Positions 41,144-53,215 are shown, numbered from the stretch's first letter. The stretch is 64,000 bases of DNA from Microcystaceae cyanobacterium (GCA_041746575.1 JBGTGT010000115.1:1-64000); one strand, 5' to 3'. A program made the numbers and translations. Notes: a model not told the origin generated them from the sequence alone.

Positions 41144-41752
41144 ATGAATCGCCTACTTTTGGCCTTTAGTTTGGCTTTATTCAATGTATTTCCTCTTTCT
41201 GCCCAAGAAATGCCTTCAACGGCAACTAACCTCGTTTCTCCGACGACCAAATTAGATTATACACCTCTAAAACGGTTATTAGATAATCAAAAATGGCGAG
41301 AAGCTAATGAAAAAACGGGTGAACTCATGTTAAAAGCCGGAAATCGTCAATTACAGGGTTGGATGACCACTGATGATATTTTAAATTTAGCCTGTTGGGA
41401 TCTCCAAACCATTGATTCTCTTTGGCAAGAGGCGTCGAATAATCATTTTGGTTTTAGTGTGCAGTTTCCCATTTTTATTCAAACCGGAAATCGTCCCGGA
41501 CGATTAATTTCCATTGAAGCATACGAAAAATTTGGCGATGTTGTCGGATGGCGACGTACAGAAGGAAACACCGCTAACGCTCAACCTCAATGGATTCAGT
41601 TTAAAGAAAACATCAATTTCAGCTTAGATGCGCCTGTAGGTCATTTGCCCCAAGTGCGTCAACAGTACAATTTAACGGGCAATCGTCTACAATACACGAT
41701 GTTAACGCAACGCTTAGTCGAGTGTAAAATCGTTTCTGTGCCTTCTCCTTAA
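41144..41752 (+). CDS. Exported GUN4-domain protein
   Basis: Signal peptide; DY..L..LL..QKWREAN..T, DLQTIDSLW..ASN.HFGFSVQ, APVGHLP. Confidence 0.88.
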   Translation: MNRLLLAFSLALFNVFPLSAQEMPSTATNLVSPTTKLDYTPLKRLLDNQKWREANEKTGELMLKAGNRQLQGWMTTDDILNLACWDLQTIDSLWQEASNNHFGFSVQFPIFIQTGNRPGRLISIEAYEKFGDVVGWRRTEGNTANAQPQWIQFKENINFSLDAPVGHLPQVRQQYNLTGNRLQYTMLTQRLVECKIVSVPSP

Positions 41753-41956
41753 ATGATTGATTGCTTGATTCAGAAATAAAGCCTAAAAGTTGTTACAGGA
41801 GGTAGAAAGCGTTAATCGTTGACTGAGCCTTAAATAGATATAATTCTAAGGGACGACTCCTGTCATTTTTTTGTTTTAGCGCATCATAATTTTCGTCTCT
41901 ATCATAGGAATTGAGCTAAATTTAAGTCCATTTATGATCTTGTATTTTTAAGAGAA

Positions 41957-43417
41957 ATGTTTTATTACAAACGCTTCCCAACCCAGATTTGTAGTGTGGC
42001 GATCGCTTTATCTCTATTCACAACTGCCTGTGGTAAGGAAAAAGCCGAAGCTCCTCAAAGACAAGCCATTCCTGTTAAGCTACAAGCTCTAAAAACAGCT
42101 ACTTTAATTGATAGTAGTCAATATGTAGGAAACTTAGTGGCTCGCAAACGGGTACAAGTTGCTCCCAAAATCAGTGGTCGAATTATAGAAATCAAAGTGC
42201 AACCAGGGGATACCGTCACCCAAGGACAAACCCTTGTCATTCTTGATCCCTTGCAACAGCAAGAAGACGTTAACGCATTTATCGGTAATCTAAACCAACA
42301 AAAAGCCCGATTAAGCGAACAATGGGCGAATTTAAGAACCCTAGAAGCCCAGAGAGATGCGTCCATTTCAGAAGTGGCTAACCGAGAAGCACAAATTGCT
42401 AATAGTAAAGCGAATACGGCGAATTCAGTCGAAAACCTCAAAGGTAGTGAAGCACAACTCCGTCAGGCACAAGCGGGCTTAAATTTAGCTAAAATTAATC
42501 TCGAACGTTCCAAAAGCTTAGTCAATGATGGGGTTCGTCCGCAACAAGACCTAGATGATAATACCGCCGCCTTTAACGATGCCGAGGCCAATGTACAAGC
42601 CTTACAAAACGCAGTAGAAGCGTCTAGAGCCAGTGTGCAAGCCTCTCAAGCCGGTGTGCAAGCCTCTCAAGCGGCCTTGAGCCAAGCCCAGAAAAACGTT
42701 AATGCCGCCCAATCACGAGTCACCGCCGCCATGTCCAGTATTAACGCCCAAAGAGCGGCTGTTGACCAAGCGGAAGGGCAATTAGGCTCAACAAAGCAAA
42801 ATTTGGTTTTTAACTTCGTTCCTGCGCCAATCAATGGGATTGTGGGGGATTTTGATCAGTTCAAGTTAGGAGATTTTGTCAATACAGGACAAACTATTAC
42901 TACCCTCACGAATAATCAGTTATTTGACTTAAATATTAATATTCCGGTTGAATATCAGCAACGTTTGCGAAAAGGCTTACCCGTCGAAATTATTAATTCC
43001 GATGGCACGACGGGGGTACGGGGGGAAATGACCTATATTGCTCCGTTGACAACGCAAAATACCCAATCCCTTCTCACAAAGGTAACCTTTAGAAACGACG
43101 GTAGCCTAAGGGATGAACAGTTTGTGCGAGTACGGGTGATTTGGAACACTAAACCGGGAATTTTAATTCCTACCACCGCCGTGACAAGCTTAGGTAGTCA
43201 AAAATTCGTGTACGTAGCGCAAGAAGGAGCAGAAGACAGTAATAATCCATTAGTCGCGCGACAAGTTCCTGTTCAAGTGGGTGATATCCAAGGACAATCG
43301 TATCAAGTGGTCGGTGGTGTGAAGCCGGGGGATAGAATTGCCGTGTCACGGATTCTCGATTTGCGTGATCAAACACCCATTACCGAGGAAGCAACTATTC
43401 AAAGCAGTACACAGTGA
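41957..43417 (+). CDS. RND efflux periplasmic adaptor (lipoprotein)
   Basis: Lipobox TTAC, PKISGRI..I.V..GD.V, long coiled coil, APINGIVG. Confidence 0.92.
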   Translation: MFYYKRFPTQICSVAIALSLFTTACGKEKAEAPQRQAIPVKLQALKTATLIDSSQYVGNLVARKRVQVAPKISGRIIEIKVQPGDTVTQGQTLVILDPLQQQEDVNAFIGNLNQQKARLSEQWANLRTLEAQRDASISEVANREAQIANSKANTANSVENLKGSEAQLRQAQAGLNLAKINLERSKSLVNDGVRPQQDLDDNTAAFNDAEANVQALQNAVEASRASVQASQAGVQASQAALSQAQKNVNAAQSRVTAAMSSINAQRAAVDQAEGQLGSTKQNLVFNFVPAPINGIVGDFDQFKLGDFVNTGQTITTLTNNQLFDLNINIPVEYQQRLRKGLPVEIINSDGTTGVRGEMTYIAPLTTQNTQSLLTKVTFRNDGSLRDEQFVRVRVIWNTKPGILIPTTAVTSLGSQKFVYVAQEGAEDSNNPLVARQVPVQVGDIQGQSYQVVGGVKPGDRIAVSRILDLRDQTPITEEATIQSSTQ

Positions 43418-43447
43418 CCCCCTTAAACCTGATTTCTAAATTCTAAG

Positions 43448-46400
43448 ATGATTCTTTCTTTATCCAATGCTTTTATTAAACGTCCTGTCTTAACCACCGT
43501 TTGTAGTATTGTCATTGTGCTAGTGGGATTAATTTGTGTGGCCTTTCTTCCTTTGGATAAATTGCCCGAAATTGCCCCTAGACAGATAACGGTAACCGCT
43601 AATTACATTGGTGCAGATGCGAAAACCACTGAAGATAACGTAACGACGGTTTTAGAGCGACGAATCAACGGAACAGAACGAGTGAGATGGATTACGTCTA
43701 ATACCGATAATACAGGGACGGTGTCGATTAATGTGTCTTTTCCAACAGAAATGGATCGCAATACGGCACAAGTGCTTGTGCAGAACCGCGTTTCTCAAGC
43801 GCAGTCTGACTTACCGGCAGTGGTTAATCAATCGGGGGTGACAACAGAAGCACAATCTCCCACTGTTACGCTGGTTTACGCATTTTATTCTGACAAAGAC
43901 GAACAGGGAAATTATTTTTATGATCCTACCTTTCTCTTTAACTATGTTGATCGTTATATTTTTAACGAAGTGGCCGGATTGCCGGGGGTGGGTTCGGTTA
44001 ACATCGTGGGAGCGGCTGAATATGCGATGCGGATTTGGCTCGATCCTGAGAAATTGGCCGCTAGGAATTTAACCGCCAGCGATATTCTTAATGTTTTGCA
44101 AACCCAAAACGCCGATGTGGGGGCAGGTAGAATAGGTCAACTGCCTAATTTAGGAGACCATCAATTTGAAATTCCCTTACGGGTTGCTGGCCGCTTTACC
44201 ACGCCAAAGGAAGCGGAAGATTTAGTGGTACAAGTGGGCAATAATGGGACTTTAATTCGCATTGGAGATGTAGGACGCGCCGAATTAGGTCTGGCTAATT
44301 ACAATACCCTTGTGGAAGTGGATGGTTATCCGGGAGTGGCATTACTGATCTATCAGCAACCCGGCACCAACGCCGTCGAAACGGCCGAAGCCGCCAAAGC
44401 CAAAATAGCCGAATTACAAGAAGGCTTTCCCCCCGGCTTAAATACCGTTATTGGTTTGGATAGCACCCTCTTTATCGATGCCTCCCTTCAAGATTTAGTC
44501 GTTACCCTCATCCAAGCGATCGCTCTTGTGGTACTGGTGATCTTTATTTTTCTCCAAGATTGGCGCACGACAATTATTCCGGGAATTGCTATTCCTGTCG
44601 CCTTAATTGGCACAATGATTGGTTTAAAAGCTTTCGGATTTACCTTAAACCAGTTGAGTTTGTTTGCTTGCGTACTAGCGGCGGGTTTAGTGGTAGATGA
44701 TGGGATTGTTATTGTCGAAGCGATTTCCGAAAAATTAGACCAAGGTATGCGGCCTTTACAGGCGGCGATGGATGCGATGGAGGAACTGTTTGGGGCAACC
44801 CTAGCCACCAGTATTGTTTTGATGGCGGTATTTGTGCCGGTTACCTTCTTTCCGGGGACAACGGGAATTGTTTATCGTCAATTTGCGATTACTATCATTG
44901 GAGCAGTGATCGTTTCGACCTTTAACGCCGTTTCTTTCTCTCCGACCATGTCGGCGATCTTGCTCAGTGCAGGAGAAAAAAAACATGGCCCTTTGGCAAT
45001 CTTTTTTAATTGGTTTAACGGGGTGTTTGATTGGATTTTGGGAGGTTATCGCCGTTTTATTACCTTTCTCACCCGCATTAAAATAGTAGTCATGGTCTTA
45101 TTTGTCCTAGGGCTGTTTGCCACCTATCAGATCTACACTACTATGCCCTCTGGGTTCATTCCGGCTGAAGATCAGGGGTACTTTATCGGCATTCTGGAAG
45201 CTCCACCGGGGGTATCGATGAATTACACCTACAACATCGTCCAACAAGCCGCCCAAATTGTCAAAGATAACCCTAATTCGGAGCAAATTCTAGAACACGT
45301 CGTCTCCGTTACAGGGTTTTCTTTTGATGGGTTCAACGCCAATAAAGGGGTCATTTTCATTAAGCTTAAGCCGTGGGAGGAGCGTCCGAGGGCAACGAAC
45401 TCTGTTTTTGGCATGATTCAATCGCTTAATCGCTCCTTTGGTCAAGAAATCAACGGGGCAAGGGTCATTGCCGCTAATGCACCAGCCGTTGATGGACTGA
45501 GTAACTTCGATGGCTCAGAAATCTTTATCCAAGACCGCCAATTAAAGGGTATGGATGTGTTAATTGACAATACCCAACAAGTAATGGCAAAAGCAAACCA
45601 ACGTCCCGAAATTGCCTTTGTTTTTACTCCTTTTACTTTTGATAGCCCTTTAATGGAAATCTCAATCAACCGAGAAAAAGCAAATGCACAGAATGTTAAT
45701 ATTAGCGAGATTCTCACTACCCTACAAGTTTATATTGGTTCGCGGTTTGTCAATCAATTTGTCTTTGATGGACGTCTCTATCGGGTATTTGCTCAAGCGG
45801 AAGCAGAAGCTCGCTCGAATCCTCAAGATATTCAGCGTTTGTATGTTCGTTCCCGTAGCGGGGATGTCATTCCTCTGAGTAATTTTGTGACATTAACCCC
45901 CACTACCTATCCGCCGATTCTTAACCGTTATAAGACCTATCCTGCCATTAAATTAATTGCTGTGCCAGCCGATGGATATAGTTCGGGACAAGTCATCCAA
46001 GCGATGGAAGAAGTCGCGAATGCCACCTTACAACCCGGTTTTGGCTATGAGTGGACTAATACTGCCTTTGAAGAGAGAAGTTCAGCCGGAGCAGCCCCAA
46101 TCGTCTTTGGCTTGGCATTTGTGATTGTTTTTCTCGTCTTAGCTGCACAGTACGAAAGCTATATCGACCCCACGATTATTTTGTTAACCGTTCCCTTGGC
46201 AATTTTAGGGGCATTAGGCGCAATTTGGCTACGGGCAAATCTGGTGCAACCGTTATCCATTAATCCGGGGGCAGGTATTTGGCCAACCCTCAATAATAAT
46301 ATGTATGCTCAAGTGGCTTTAGTCATGTTAATCGGACTAGCGGCGAAAAATGCCATTTTAATTGTGGAATTTGCTAATCAATCTCGTGATTTGGGCATGA

Positions 46401-46771
46401 ACATCACCCAAGCAGCCATTTATGCGGCTGAGAAACGCTTTCGTCCTATTCTGATGACGGCAATTTCTTCTCTGGTCGGATTTGCGCCGCTACTTGCGGC
46501 ATCGGGTGCGGGTGCAATCAGTCGTTGGTCGTTGGGAACGGCGATTTTTGGCGGATTAGCCTTTGCAACGGTGTTAAGTTTGGTCTTAGTCCCAATTTTG
46601 TATATCGTGGTCAAGAATTTTGAAGACAATGTGCTTAAAGGACAATCTTCTTCTCCTAAACCGCCCCCCCCTCCTTCTCCTCCCCCAGAAAAAGCTGAAT
46701 CAGCTAAAACTCAGAGTACTAAAAACGAAAATCAAACAGAGGCGGGAATTCAAGCGATCGATCCAACGTAA
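43448..46771 (+). CDS. RND efflux permease (AcrB/HAE1 family)
   Basis: FIKRPV, AMRIWLDP, GLVVDDGIVIVE, GLAAKNAILIVEFA, RFRPILMT. Confidence 0.95.
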   Translation: MILSLSNAFIKRPVLTTVCSIVIVLVGLICVAFLPLDKLPEIAPRQITVTANYIGADAKTTEDNVTTVLERRINGTERVRWITSNTDNTGTVSINVSFPTEMDRNTAQVLVQNRVSQAQSDLPAVVNQSGVTTEAQSPTVTLVYAFYSDKDEQGNYFYDPTFLFNYVDRYIFNEVAGLPGVGSVNIVGAAEYAMRIWLDPEKLAARNLTASDILNVLQTQNADVGAGRIGQLPNLGDHQFEIPLRVAGRFTTPKEAEDLVVQVGNNGTLIRIGDVGRAELGLANYNTLVEVDGYPGVALLIYQQPGTNAVETAEAAKAKIAELQEGFPPGLNTVIGLDSTLFIDASLQDLVVTLIQAIALVVLVIFIFLQDWRTTIIPGIAIPVALIGTMIGLKAFGFTLNQLSLFACVLAAGLVVDDGIVIVEAISEKLDQGMRPLQAAMDAMEELFGATLATSIVLMAVFVPVTFFPGTTGIVYRQFAITIIGAVIVSTFNAVSFSPTMSAILLSAGEKKHGPLAIFFNWFNGVFDWILGGYRRFITFLTRIKIVVMVLFVLGLFATYQIYTTMPSGFIPAEDQGYFIGILEAPPGVSMNYTYNIVQQAAQIVKDNPNSEQILEHVVSVTGFSFDGFNANKGVIFIKLKPWEERPRATNSVFGMIQSLNRSFGQEINGARVIAANAPAVDGLSNFDGSEIFIQDRQLKGMDVLIDNTQQVMAKANQRPEIAFVFTPFTFDSPLMEISINREKANAQNVNISEILTTLQVYIGSRFVNQFVFDGRLYRVFAQAEAEARSNPQDIQRLYVRSRSGDVIPLSNFVTLTPTTYPPILNRYKTYPAIKLIAVPADGYSSGQVIQAMEEVANATLQPGFGYEWTNTAFEERSSAGAAPIVFGLAFVIVFLVLAAQYESYIDPTIILLTVPLAILGALGAIWLRANLVQPLSINPGAGIWPTLNNNMYAQVALVMLIGLAAKNAILIVEFANQSRDLGMNITQAAIYAAEKRFRPILMTAISSLVGFAPLLAASGAGAISRWSLGTAIFGGLAFATVLSLVLVPILYIVVKNFEDNVLKGQSSSPKPPPPPSPPPEKAESAKTQSTKNENQTEAGIQAIDPT

Positions 46772-46880
46772 GAGGATTAAATAACCGTAAAAACACTGAT
46801 GAAGCGGCGTAATTCAGCCAAATAGTTTAAATAATTGTATCTTCATTTATTGCCGAGAGTAAAACGGAATATAATAGTTT

Positions 46881-46918
46881 TATCTCCTGAATTCGTCGTA
46901 AACAGGAGGTATTTTTTT
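46881..46918 (+). terminator. Intrinsic terminator after the RND operon
   Basis: tatctcctg...caggaggta stem followed by T7. Confidence 0.55.
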
Positions 46919-46966
46919 ATGATGCCAATGGCCTCATTCATCTCAAACTTCCCATCCTAAATTGAC

Positions 46967-47698
46967 ATGACCTATCGCCTCAGAATTGCTGATCTACCAA
47001 CCAATGAACGTCCGAGGGAACGTCTTTTAGAACGAGGCGCATCCTATCTTTCAACAGCAGAATTATTAGCCATTTTATTAGGGACAGGTCAGGGCAAAGG
47101 TAAGCTTTCTGCGGTAGGATTAGGGCAGTATATTCTCAAAGAATTAGAAAAATATCATCGAGATCCCTTAGACGTTTTACGCGCCATTAGTCCTCAAGAA
47201 TTGATGAAAATTCCGGGTATTGGACCGGCTAAAGCAACCACCATCTTAGCGGCGATTGAATTAGGGAAACGAACTTTTCAATTACGACCCCCTGAGCGCA
47301 TTATTTTAGATAGTCCTGATAAGGCTGCGGCGGCTTTAAGTCATGATTTAATGTGGCAAGGTGAAGAGCGTTTTGCGGTCGTTTTATTAGATATTAAAAA
47401 CCGTCTAATTGGTACCAAAGTGATTACTATTGGGACAGCAACCGAAACCTTAGTCGACCCAGCCGGTATTTTTAGAGAAGTGATTAAACAAGGGGCAACT
47501 CGGATGATTATCGCTCACAATCACCCTTCTGGTAACCTAGAACCGAGTCCCGAAGATATTCATTTAACTGAAGAATTATTACAAGGTGCCAAATATTTAC
47601 ATATTCCTTTACTGGATCATTTAATATTAGGAAATGGGGATTATCAAAGTTTACGTCAAAGGACAGATTTATGGCAATGCTTTCCTCAAGGTGATTGA
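46967..47698 (+). CDS. radC: RadC/JAB-domain protein
   Basis: ERPRERL, GIGPAKA, AHNHPSG..EPS.ED, LLDHLI. Confidence 0.95.
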   Translation: MTYRLRIADLPTNERPRERLLERGASYLSTAELLAILLGTGQGKGKLSAVGLGQYILKELEKYHRDPLDVLRAISPQELMKIPGIGPAKATTILAAIELGKRTFQLRPPERIILDSPDKAAAALSHDLMWQGEERFAVVLLDIKNRLIGTKVITIGTATETLVDPAGIFREVIKQGATRMIIAHNHPSGNLEPSPEDIHLTEELLQGAKYLHIPLLDHLILGNGDYQSLRQRTDLWQCFPQGD

Positions 47699-47890
47699 TT
47701 TTTTATAAGTTATAACTTACAATCTTTTGCGACTTGATAAGGGATAGGGGTAATGGTAGGATTACAAGATTTGCAGCCGAAGGGGTATGGTATTCACTTA
47801 CAATTTGCTGTAAAAATATATCTTAAACTTGAGACGTTGTTCTTTAAAAAATATCCGTATGCTTTATTTTTTTACAATTTATTATATTTA

Positions 47891-48097
47891 TCAAATCAGC
47901 ATTCTTGCTTTTAAAAGAAAATCAATTGCCTCCTCAAGCTGTTGAAGCGTTTTCGGATCTTTGGATTCAGTTTTTAGCGTTGTCAGTATCTCCAATGTTT
48001 CTGCTAAATAATGTTTTACCTCTTGATTACTTTCTAAGATGTTTTGAATATCTTCGTCAGATTCCGAGAGAACTTGATGAGACCTGATAATATTCAT
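47891..48097 (-). CDS. Hypothetical small helical protein
   Basis: 68-aa ATG ORF with amphipathic, protein-like composition; no recognised motif. Confidence 0.5.
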   Translation of the reverse strand: MNIIRSHQVLSESDEDIQNILESNQEVKHYLAETLEILTTLKTESKDPKTLQQLEEAIDFLLKARMLI

Positions 48098-48337
48098 CTA
48101 TTTCGGCCTTAATATCTAAGTGGGATGACGATATTTTAAGCAATCATAATTGAGTAATTCATCCTATTAAATCATGAACCAAAAGCATGAAAAAAGTCTC
48201 ATTCTAAAGTGCTAAGTAGAGTTAAGGAGTATAGATTTCTGATCACAGATTCGTGCTATGATTTCACTGGAAAGTTATTATTTCCTGATTCAGTCGTGCT
48301 TGTAACCTCTTTCTTAAGTTAAAAGAATTACTTATCC

Positions 48338-50758
48338 ATGCGAATTTCAGTTAACTGGCTGCGAGAATTAGTCAATTTTACCCTAACCCCTGAAGAATTA
48401 GCAGAAATCCTCACCATTGCAGGGTTAGAAGTTGAAGAAATCGAAGATCGTCGCACCTGGGCAGAAGGCGTTGTTTTAGGTAAAATTTTACAAAAAGATC
48501 CCCATCCCAACGCTGATAAATTAAGCGTCTGTACTGTCGATATTGGGCAAAAAGAACCCTTAAACATTGTTTGTGGTGCGCCGAATGCTTGTCAAGATAT
48601 CTACGTCCCTGTTGCAACCATTGGCACTTATTTACCGAAAATTGATCTGAAAATCAAACCCGCTAAACTGCGCGGTGTTCCTTCTGAGGGAATGATTTGC
48701 TCTTTGGCAGAGTTGGGTTTGGCAAAAGAATCAGCCGGAATTCACATTTTTGAGAGAGAACCTTTAGAATTAGGGCAAGATGTTAGACCTTTCTTAGGGT
48801 TGGATGATGTTATTCTTGATATTTATCCCACTGCTAACCGTGCTGATGCCATGAGTATGGTAGGGGTTGCCAGAGAGGTTGCCGCTTTAACGGGGGGAAA
48901 TTTGACCCTTCCTGAAGCAAAAAGCTTCAATTTAAAGAATAAAAAAGGGGAATTAAGCTTAGAGATCACCGAAACTCAAGCTTGTCCCATTTATATTGGT
49001 ACAGTGATTGAAAACGTCACGATTGAACCTTCTCCACTGTGGTTACAGGCTAAATTAGAGGCCGCAGGAATGCGTCCGATTAACAACGTGGTGGATATTA
49101 CTAACTTAATTTTGCTTGAATGGGGGCAACCACTCCATGCTTTTGACCGAGAACGATTAAAAACGCTTGGAAATTCCCAGAAATTAAACTTAGGCGTACG
49201 CTTTGCTAAAGATACGGAAAAACTAAAAACCCTCGATGGACAACAAAGGGACTTAAAACCGAATAATTTAGTGATTACGACGAATAATGTTCCCGTTGCG
49301 CTGGCAGGGGTGATGGGAGGAGAAGAAACAGAAGTTGACGAAGACACACAAAACTTGGTACTAGAGGCGGCTATCTTTGACCCGATTATGATTCGGCGAT
49401 CGTCTCGTTGTCAAGGGTTACGCAGTGAATCTTCTACGCGCTACGAAAGAGGTGTGAATCTTTTAGCGATAGAAACAGCCGTAAATCGAGCCATTGAACT
49501 GCTAGAAGAGATTGCCAAAGGAAAAGCAACAATTCAGATAAAAGCAGATGCTAGACCCGATTTATCAACGCAAACAATAGAATTGCGCCTAGAACAAATT
49601 TATCAAGTCCTCGGTAAGGTTCGAGGGGGAGAGATTACGATCGCAGATATAGAACGGATTTTAGGAGATTTAAATTGTCAATTGCAATCAAAGAGCAAAA
49701 ATCCACAAATTTGGTCGGTGACTGTTCCTAGCTATCGTTATCGAGATTTAGAGCGAGAAATTGATTTAATTGAAGAAGTGGCGCGATTATATGGTTATGA
49801 TCGCTTTTGTGATACTCTTCCTGCTAAAACGGAAGCTGGAATATTACCGATTGAAACACAAACAGAGCGCAAAGTGAGGGAAGCTTTTCGTGGCGTTGGT
49901 TTGACAGAAGTGGTCCAGTATTCTTTGGTTAAGCCAGTCAAAGGAGAAATTACCCTTGCTAACCCACTTTTTGCGGAATATTCTGCCTTAAGGACGAATT
50001 TACTGGATGGTTTGATTGAAGCATTTGTCAGTAATCAACTACAAGGGAATGTTTTAAATGCCTTTGAATTAGGACGTGTTTTTGAGAAAAATGGAGAAAA
50101 GCCCCAAGAAAGAGACGTTATTGCTGGAATTTTCGGCGGAGAAATATTTGCTGAAGGTCGTTGGTTAAGAGGCGGCAAAGCGCAATCAATGGGATGGTAT
50201 GAAGCAAAAGGTATCTTAGAAACGGTATTTCAACGTTTAAGTCTTCAGGTGACTTATAAACCTGATAGTGATGATTCCCGCTTACATCCGGGACGAACGG
50301 CCTCATTGTGGCTTAAAAAGCAACGTTTAGGGGTTTTTGGTCAACTCCATCCCCAATTACGACAGCAACGAGACTTAGAAGATGAAGTCTATGGCTTTGA
50401 ATTGGATTTTAGTCGATTGTCCGAGTTATTACAGCGTGAGAGCTTATTAACTCCTCATTTTAAATCCTATTCAACTTATCCTGCGGTTGAACGAGATTTA
50501 GCTTTCTTTGCTGAGGTTAAATTATCGGTTGCTGAGTTAAGTCAAACGATGACACAAGCAGGGGGAAATTTGCTGGAAAATATCGAATTATTTGACCAAT
50601 ATCAAGGAGAAAATGTCCCAGATGGTCAGCGAAGTCTGGCTTTCCGTTTAGTGTATCGTAGTAGCGATCGCACTTTGACGGATAATGAAGTTGATCCGGT
50701 TCATAATCAAGTTCGGGATGCTTTGGTTAAACACTTTCAGGTTACTTTACGCAGTTAA
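48338..50758 (+). CDS. pheT: Phenylalanyl-tRNA synthetase beta subunit
   Basis: [43 protein letters not shown]-terminal FDX-ACB domain. Confidence 0.97.
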   Translation: MRISVNWLRELVNFTLTPEELAEILTIAGLEVEEIEDRRTWAEGVVLGKILQKDPHPNADKLSVCTVDIGQKEPLNIVCGAPNACQDIYVPVATIGTYLPKIDLKIKPAKLRGVPSEGMICSLAELGLAKESAGIHIFEREPLELGQDVRPFLGLDDVILDIYPTANRADAMSMVGVAREVAALTGGNLTLPEAKSFNLKNKKGELSLEITETQACPIYIGTVIENVTIEPSPLWLQAKLEAAGMRPINNVVDITNLILLEWGQPLHAFDRERLKTLGNSQKLNLGVRFAKDTEKLKTLDGQQRDLKPNNLVITTNNVPVALAGVMGGEETEVDEDTQNLVLEAAIFDPIMIRRSSRCQGLRSESSTRYERGVNLLAIETAVNRAIELLEEIAKGKATIQIKADARPDLSTQTIELRLEQIYQVLGKVRGGEITIADIERILGDLNCQLQSKSKNPQIWSVTVPSYRYRDLEREIDLIEEVARLYGYDRFCDTLPAKTEAGILPIETQTERKVREAFRGVGLTEVVQYSLVKPVKGEITLANPLFAEYSALRTNLLDGLIEAFVSNQLQGNVLNAFELGRVFEKNGEKPQERDVIAGIFGGEIFAEGRWLRGGKAQSMGWYEAKGILETVFQRLSLQVTYKPDSDDSRLHPGRTASLWLKKQRLGVFGQLHPQLRQQRDLEDEVYGFELDFSRLSELLQRESLLTPHFKSYSTYPAVERDLAFFAEVKLSVAELSQTMTQAGGNLLENIELFDQYQGENVPDGQRSLAFRLVYRSSDRTLTDNEVDPVHNQVRDALVKHFQVTLRS

Positions 50759-51111
50759 AAATAGCTTTTTTTGAGATAAAAAATGAATAAATTAGAGTAA
50801 TAAACGGGAGCTTACCCCAAAAGCTTTTAATGGGTTGCTGATTATTCCTCTATTTTTGTTTTTCTAGCAATAAGATACAAAAAAGATGCCATTTAATTTG
50901 TCCTTATCTCATTTTCTGTTTTAAAAATGCAACAATTGATACTATCTTGAAGGATCGGGCAGAATTTGTTACAATGAAGAGGTAAAAAAGAAAACTCAAG
51001 TGTTAGTCAGTATTAATACAGACGGTTTTTGATCAAATCAGTAAAGGGACCCCAAGAATTCAGCATTCGTTTCAGGATTCTTCGCGACATCCCCATAGGA
51101 GAGCAGTAAAC

Positions 51112-51225
51112 ATGACATTAGAATTCACGCAAGCGTTAGAAATCATTAGTTTATTATCCGTTGCCTGTATCGCTTTATCACCTATTTTGGTATGGGTTTT
51201 CACCCATCGTTCAGAAACGGCCTAG
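51112..51225 (+). CDS. Putative 37-aa single-helix membrane peptide (not in the ORF track)
   Basis: MTLEFTQALEIISLLSVACIALSPILVWVFTHRSETA*; AGGAG at 51097-51101; terminator follows. Confidence 0.7.
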   Translation: MTLEFTQALEIISLLSVACIALSPILVWVFTHRSETA

Positions 51226-51253
51226 TTTCTATCTTTCTACATAGAATCTTAGA

Positions 51254-51289
51254 AAAAGGGGGAGTCAACGCACTTCCCTTTATTTTTTT
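51254..51289 (+). terminator. Intrinsic terminator after the 37-aa ORF
   Basis: aaagggggagt-caacgc-acttcccttt followed by a T7 tract. Confidence 0.7.
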
Positions 51290-51391
51290 CTAAATTGGGA
51301 ATACTATTGTTCAAAATCTCTTTGTAACAAAACCAAATTGATCTGTCACTGTGTCTGGCTCTATCAGACCGATCAAGAGCGATCTCGCTTT

Positions 51392-52360
51392 ATGAAATCA
51401 TGTCCTGTCCTCAGTATTTGTATTCCTGCCTACAACCGTCCTGAATGGTTAAAAAGAGCCTTAACTTCAATAACGACAATTAACCCTGCATTTTGCCAAG
51501 AAGTTGAGATTATTGTCTCCGATGATTCTTCAGATTCTGTCTGTGGGAAAATTGCTCAAGCAATCCTCAATGATTGGCAAGGCAAGGGAACATACAAAGC
51601 CAATCATCCCCGACTGGGTATGGCAGAGAATTGGAATCATGCCATTGAATTGGCTTCCGGAGAATATATCGTTGTTCTGCACGATGATGATTTCTTCGTG
51701 ACAAATGGAGTGGAAAACCTACTTGAAACGCTTAAATCGGTGAGAGAACAATATGCTGTCCTCTTATTCGGGGTTCAGGTGGTTAATGAGCAGGAACACT
51801 TATTAAGGAGACAAACCTTCCCAAAAGCGCAATATCTACCACCTAAAGACGCTTTAATGAATCTTCTATCCCATTCGTCCTTTGTCCGATTTCCGGCACT
51901 GGCTATTCAACGGCAGACGTTCGAGAAAGTAGGTTACTTTGCTCCCCAATGGGGTGAGCCAACGGATATTGAGATGTGGATTCGATTATTCAGTTGCTAT
52001 GGGGTATATTGTGTTCCTCAAATAACCTGTGCTTATACCGTCCATGCTCAGGCGTTGACAATGGGCGTGTTTAATGAAAAGACGATAAAAACGTTACTGG
52101 AATTTTTTGAGCGGGTTTCTTCTTTGAATCTCTTGAGTTCATCCGAGTTAAAACACTGTCAGACAATATTCTTTCACCAATTTATCTTAGCCGGGGCGTT
52201 TCGCATGTTACGTCGAGGGAAACTGAGCGCATTTTATCAAGTGATGCAGTTGTTTCAATTACCGACCATTAAGAATTTGAAGCCTCCAAAAAATTGGGGA
52301 ATCCTGCGCTTGTTTTTTGCAAGAATTACTCAAATTTATCGACTTTTTTACCTAAAATAA
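51392..52360 (+). CDS. GT2-family glycosyltransferase
   Basis: SICIPAYNR, VSDDSS, GMAENWN, LHDDD; start placed at MKSCP. Confidence 0.92.
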   Translation: MKSCPVLSICIPAYNRPEWLKRALTSITTINPAFCQEVEIIVSDDSSDSVCGKIAQAILNDWQGKGTYKANHPRLGMAENWNHAIELASGEYIVVLHDDDFFVTNGVENLLETLKSVREQYAVLLFGVQVVNEQEHLLRRQTFPKAQYLPPKDALMNLLSHSSFVRFPALAIQRQTFEKVGYFAPQWGEPTDIEMWIRLFSCYGVYCVPQITCAYTVHAQALTMGVFNEKTIKTLLEFFERVSSLNLLSSSELKHCQTIFFHQFILAGAFRMLRRGKLSAFYQVMQLFQLPTIKNLKPPKNWGILRLFFARITQIYRLFYLK

Positions 52361-52666
52361 CTTATTTTCAAGTATAGTAAGGTTAGGTTCTAAGTTTCTC
52401 AGAATTTAACTTTACGCCTTAAATCTTTGTATCTCCAAAAGTCGTTAACTGCTGTATCTTCCCAAAGATTGACCGAAAAATGAATCAAAATCCCACCTTT
52501 GCTAGAAGAACTCTGCTGGGCTTAATCGTTAATCTAAGTAGGTGTAACAAAACCTTATCGACGTCTTTCTAATTGAACGAAAGTATTTTTTACAATCATC
52601 GATTCCGAAGAATGCCAAGGTTGTTACCTTTAAAAATAACCGCAAAAAGTCCATTGGAGAATTTTA

Positions 52667-53035
52667 ATGAAGAACTTCATTTCTGCCATCATTTCTAATT
52701 TAACTTCGACCTTAAGATCATTCGAGTTACATCGTCTTTTGGCGGCTGTTTTGGTCTTATTTATTCTACTTACCAACTACTCTTACACTCAATCAAGTGA
52801 GCGTCCCATCGGAGAAAGAATCGGTCAACAACAACACGAAACCAGTGTAAACTCAGAAAGACCCAAAACGACAGGAGAGTTTTTGGATGAAGTAGAAGGT
52901 GATATTCCGCTAGATGAACGGATGAATAATATCACCAGAGACTCATCGGAAGCTTTTCAACAATTTGGAGAAGGAATTACCAATAGTATCAAAGAAGGTG
53001 CCCGTGAATTAAAAAACAATATAACGGGTCAATAA
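52667..53035 (+). CDS. Hypothetical membrane-anchored protein
   Basis: GGAG ribosome-binding site; TM helix followed by an acidic helical region (ERPKTTGEF). Confidence 0.75.
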   Translation: MKNFISAIISNLTSTLRSFELHRLLAAVLVLFILLTNYSYTQSSERPIGERIGQQQHETSVNSERPKTTGEFLDEVEGDIPLDERMNNITRDSSEAFQQFGEGITNSIKEGARELKNNITGQ

Positions 53036-53215
53036 CGTAATTATTGTCGAGATAAATCAAAAATTGCTGTCGCCTCCGTTATTTTATTTAAGTGTTTGGA
53101 CCGATACTTTCCTTTTATTATGGAGTTATTAAGTCAACGGGCAGATCACATAGACAATGAAAGGCGGATGTGTACTACGATTCTACATCTTAAAACAAAT
53201 TTCTCAAAGTTTTAG

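Noticed and set aside
42633..42672. 21-bp tandem duplication in the RND adaptor gene
   Set aside because: It is an in-frame heptad duplication (VQASQA) in a coiled coil, which is ordinary for this family.
53120..53215. 31-codon ORF before the terminator at 53216
   Set aside because: No ribosome-binding site or recognisable features; the terminator can be explained by the upstream gene.
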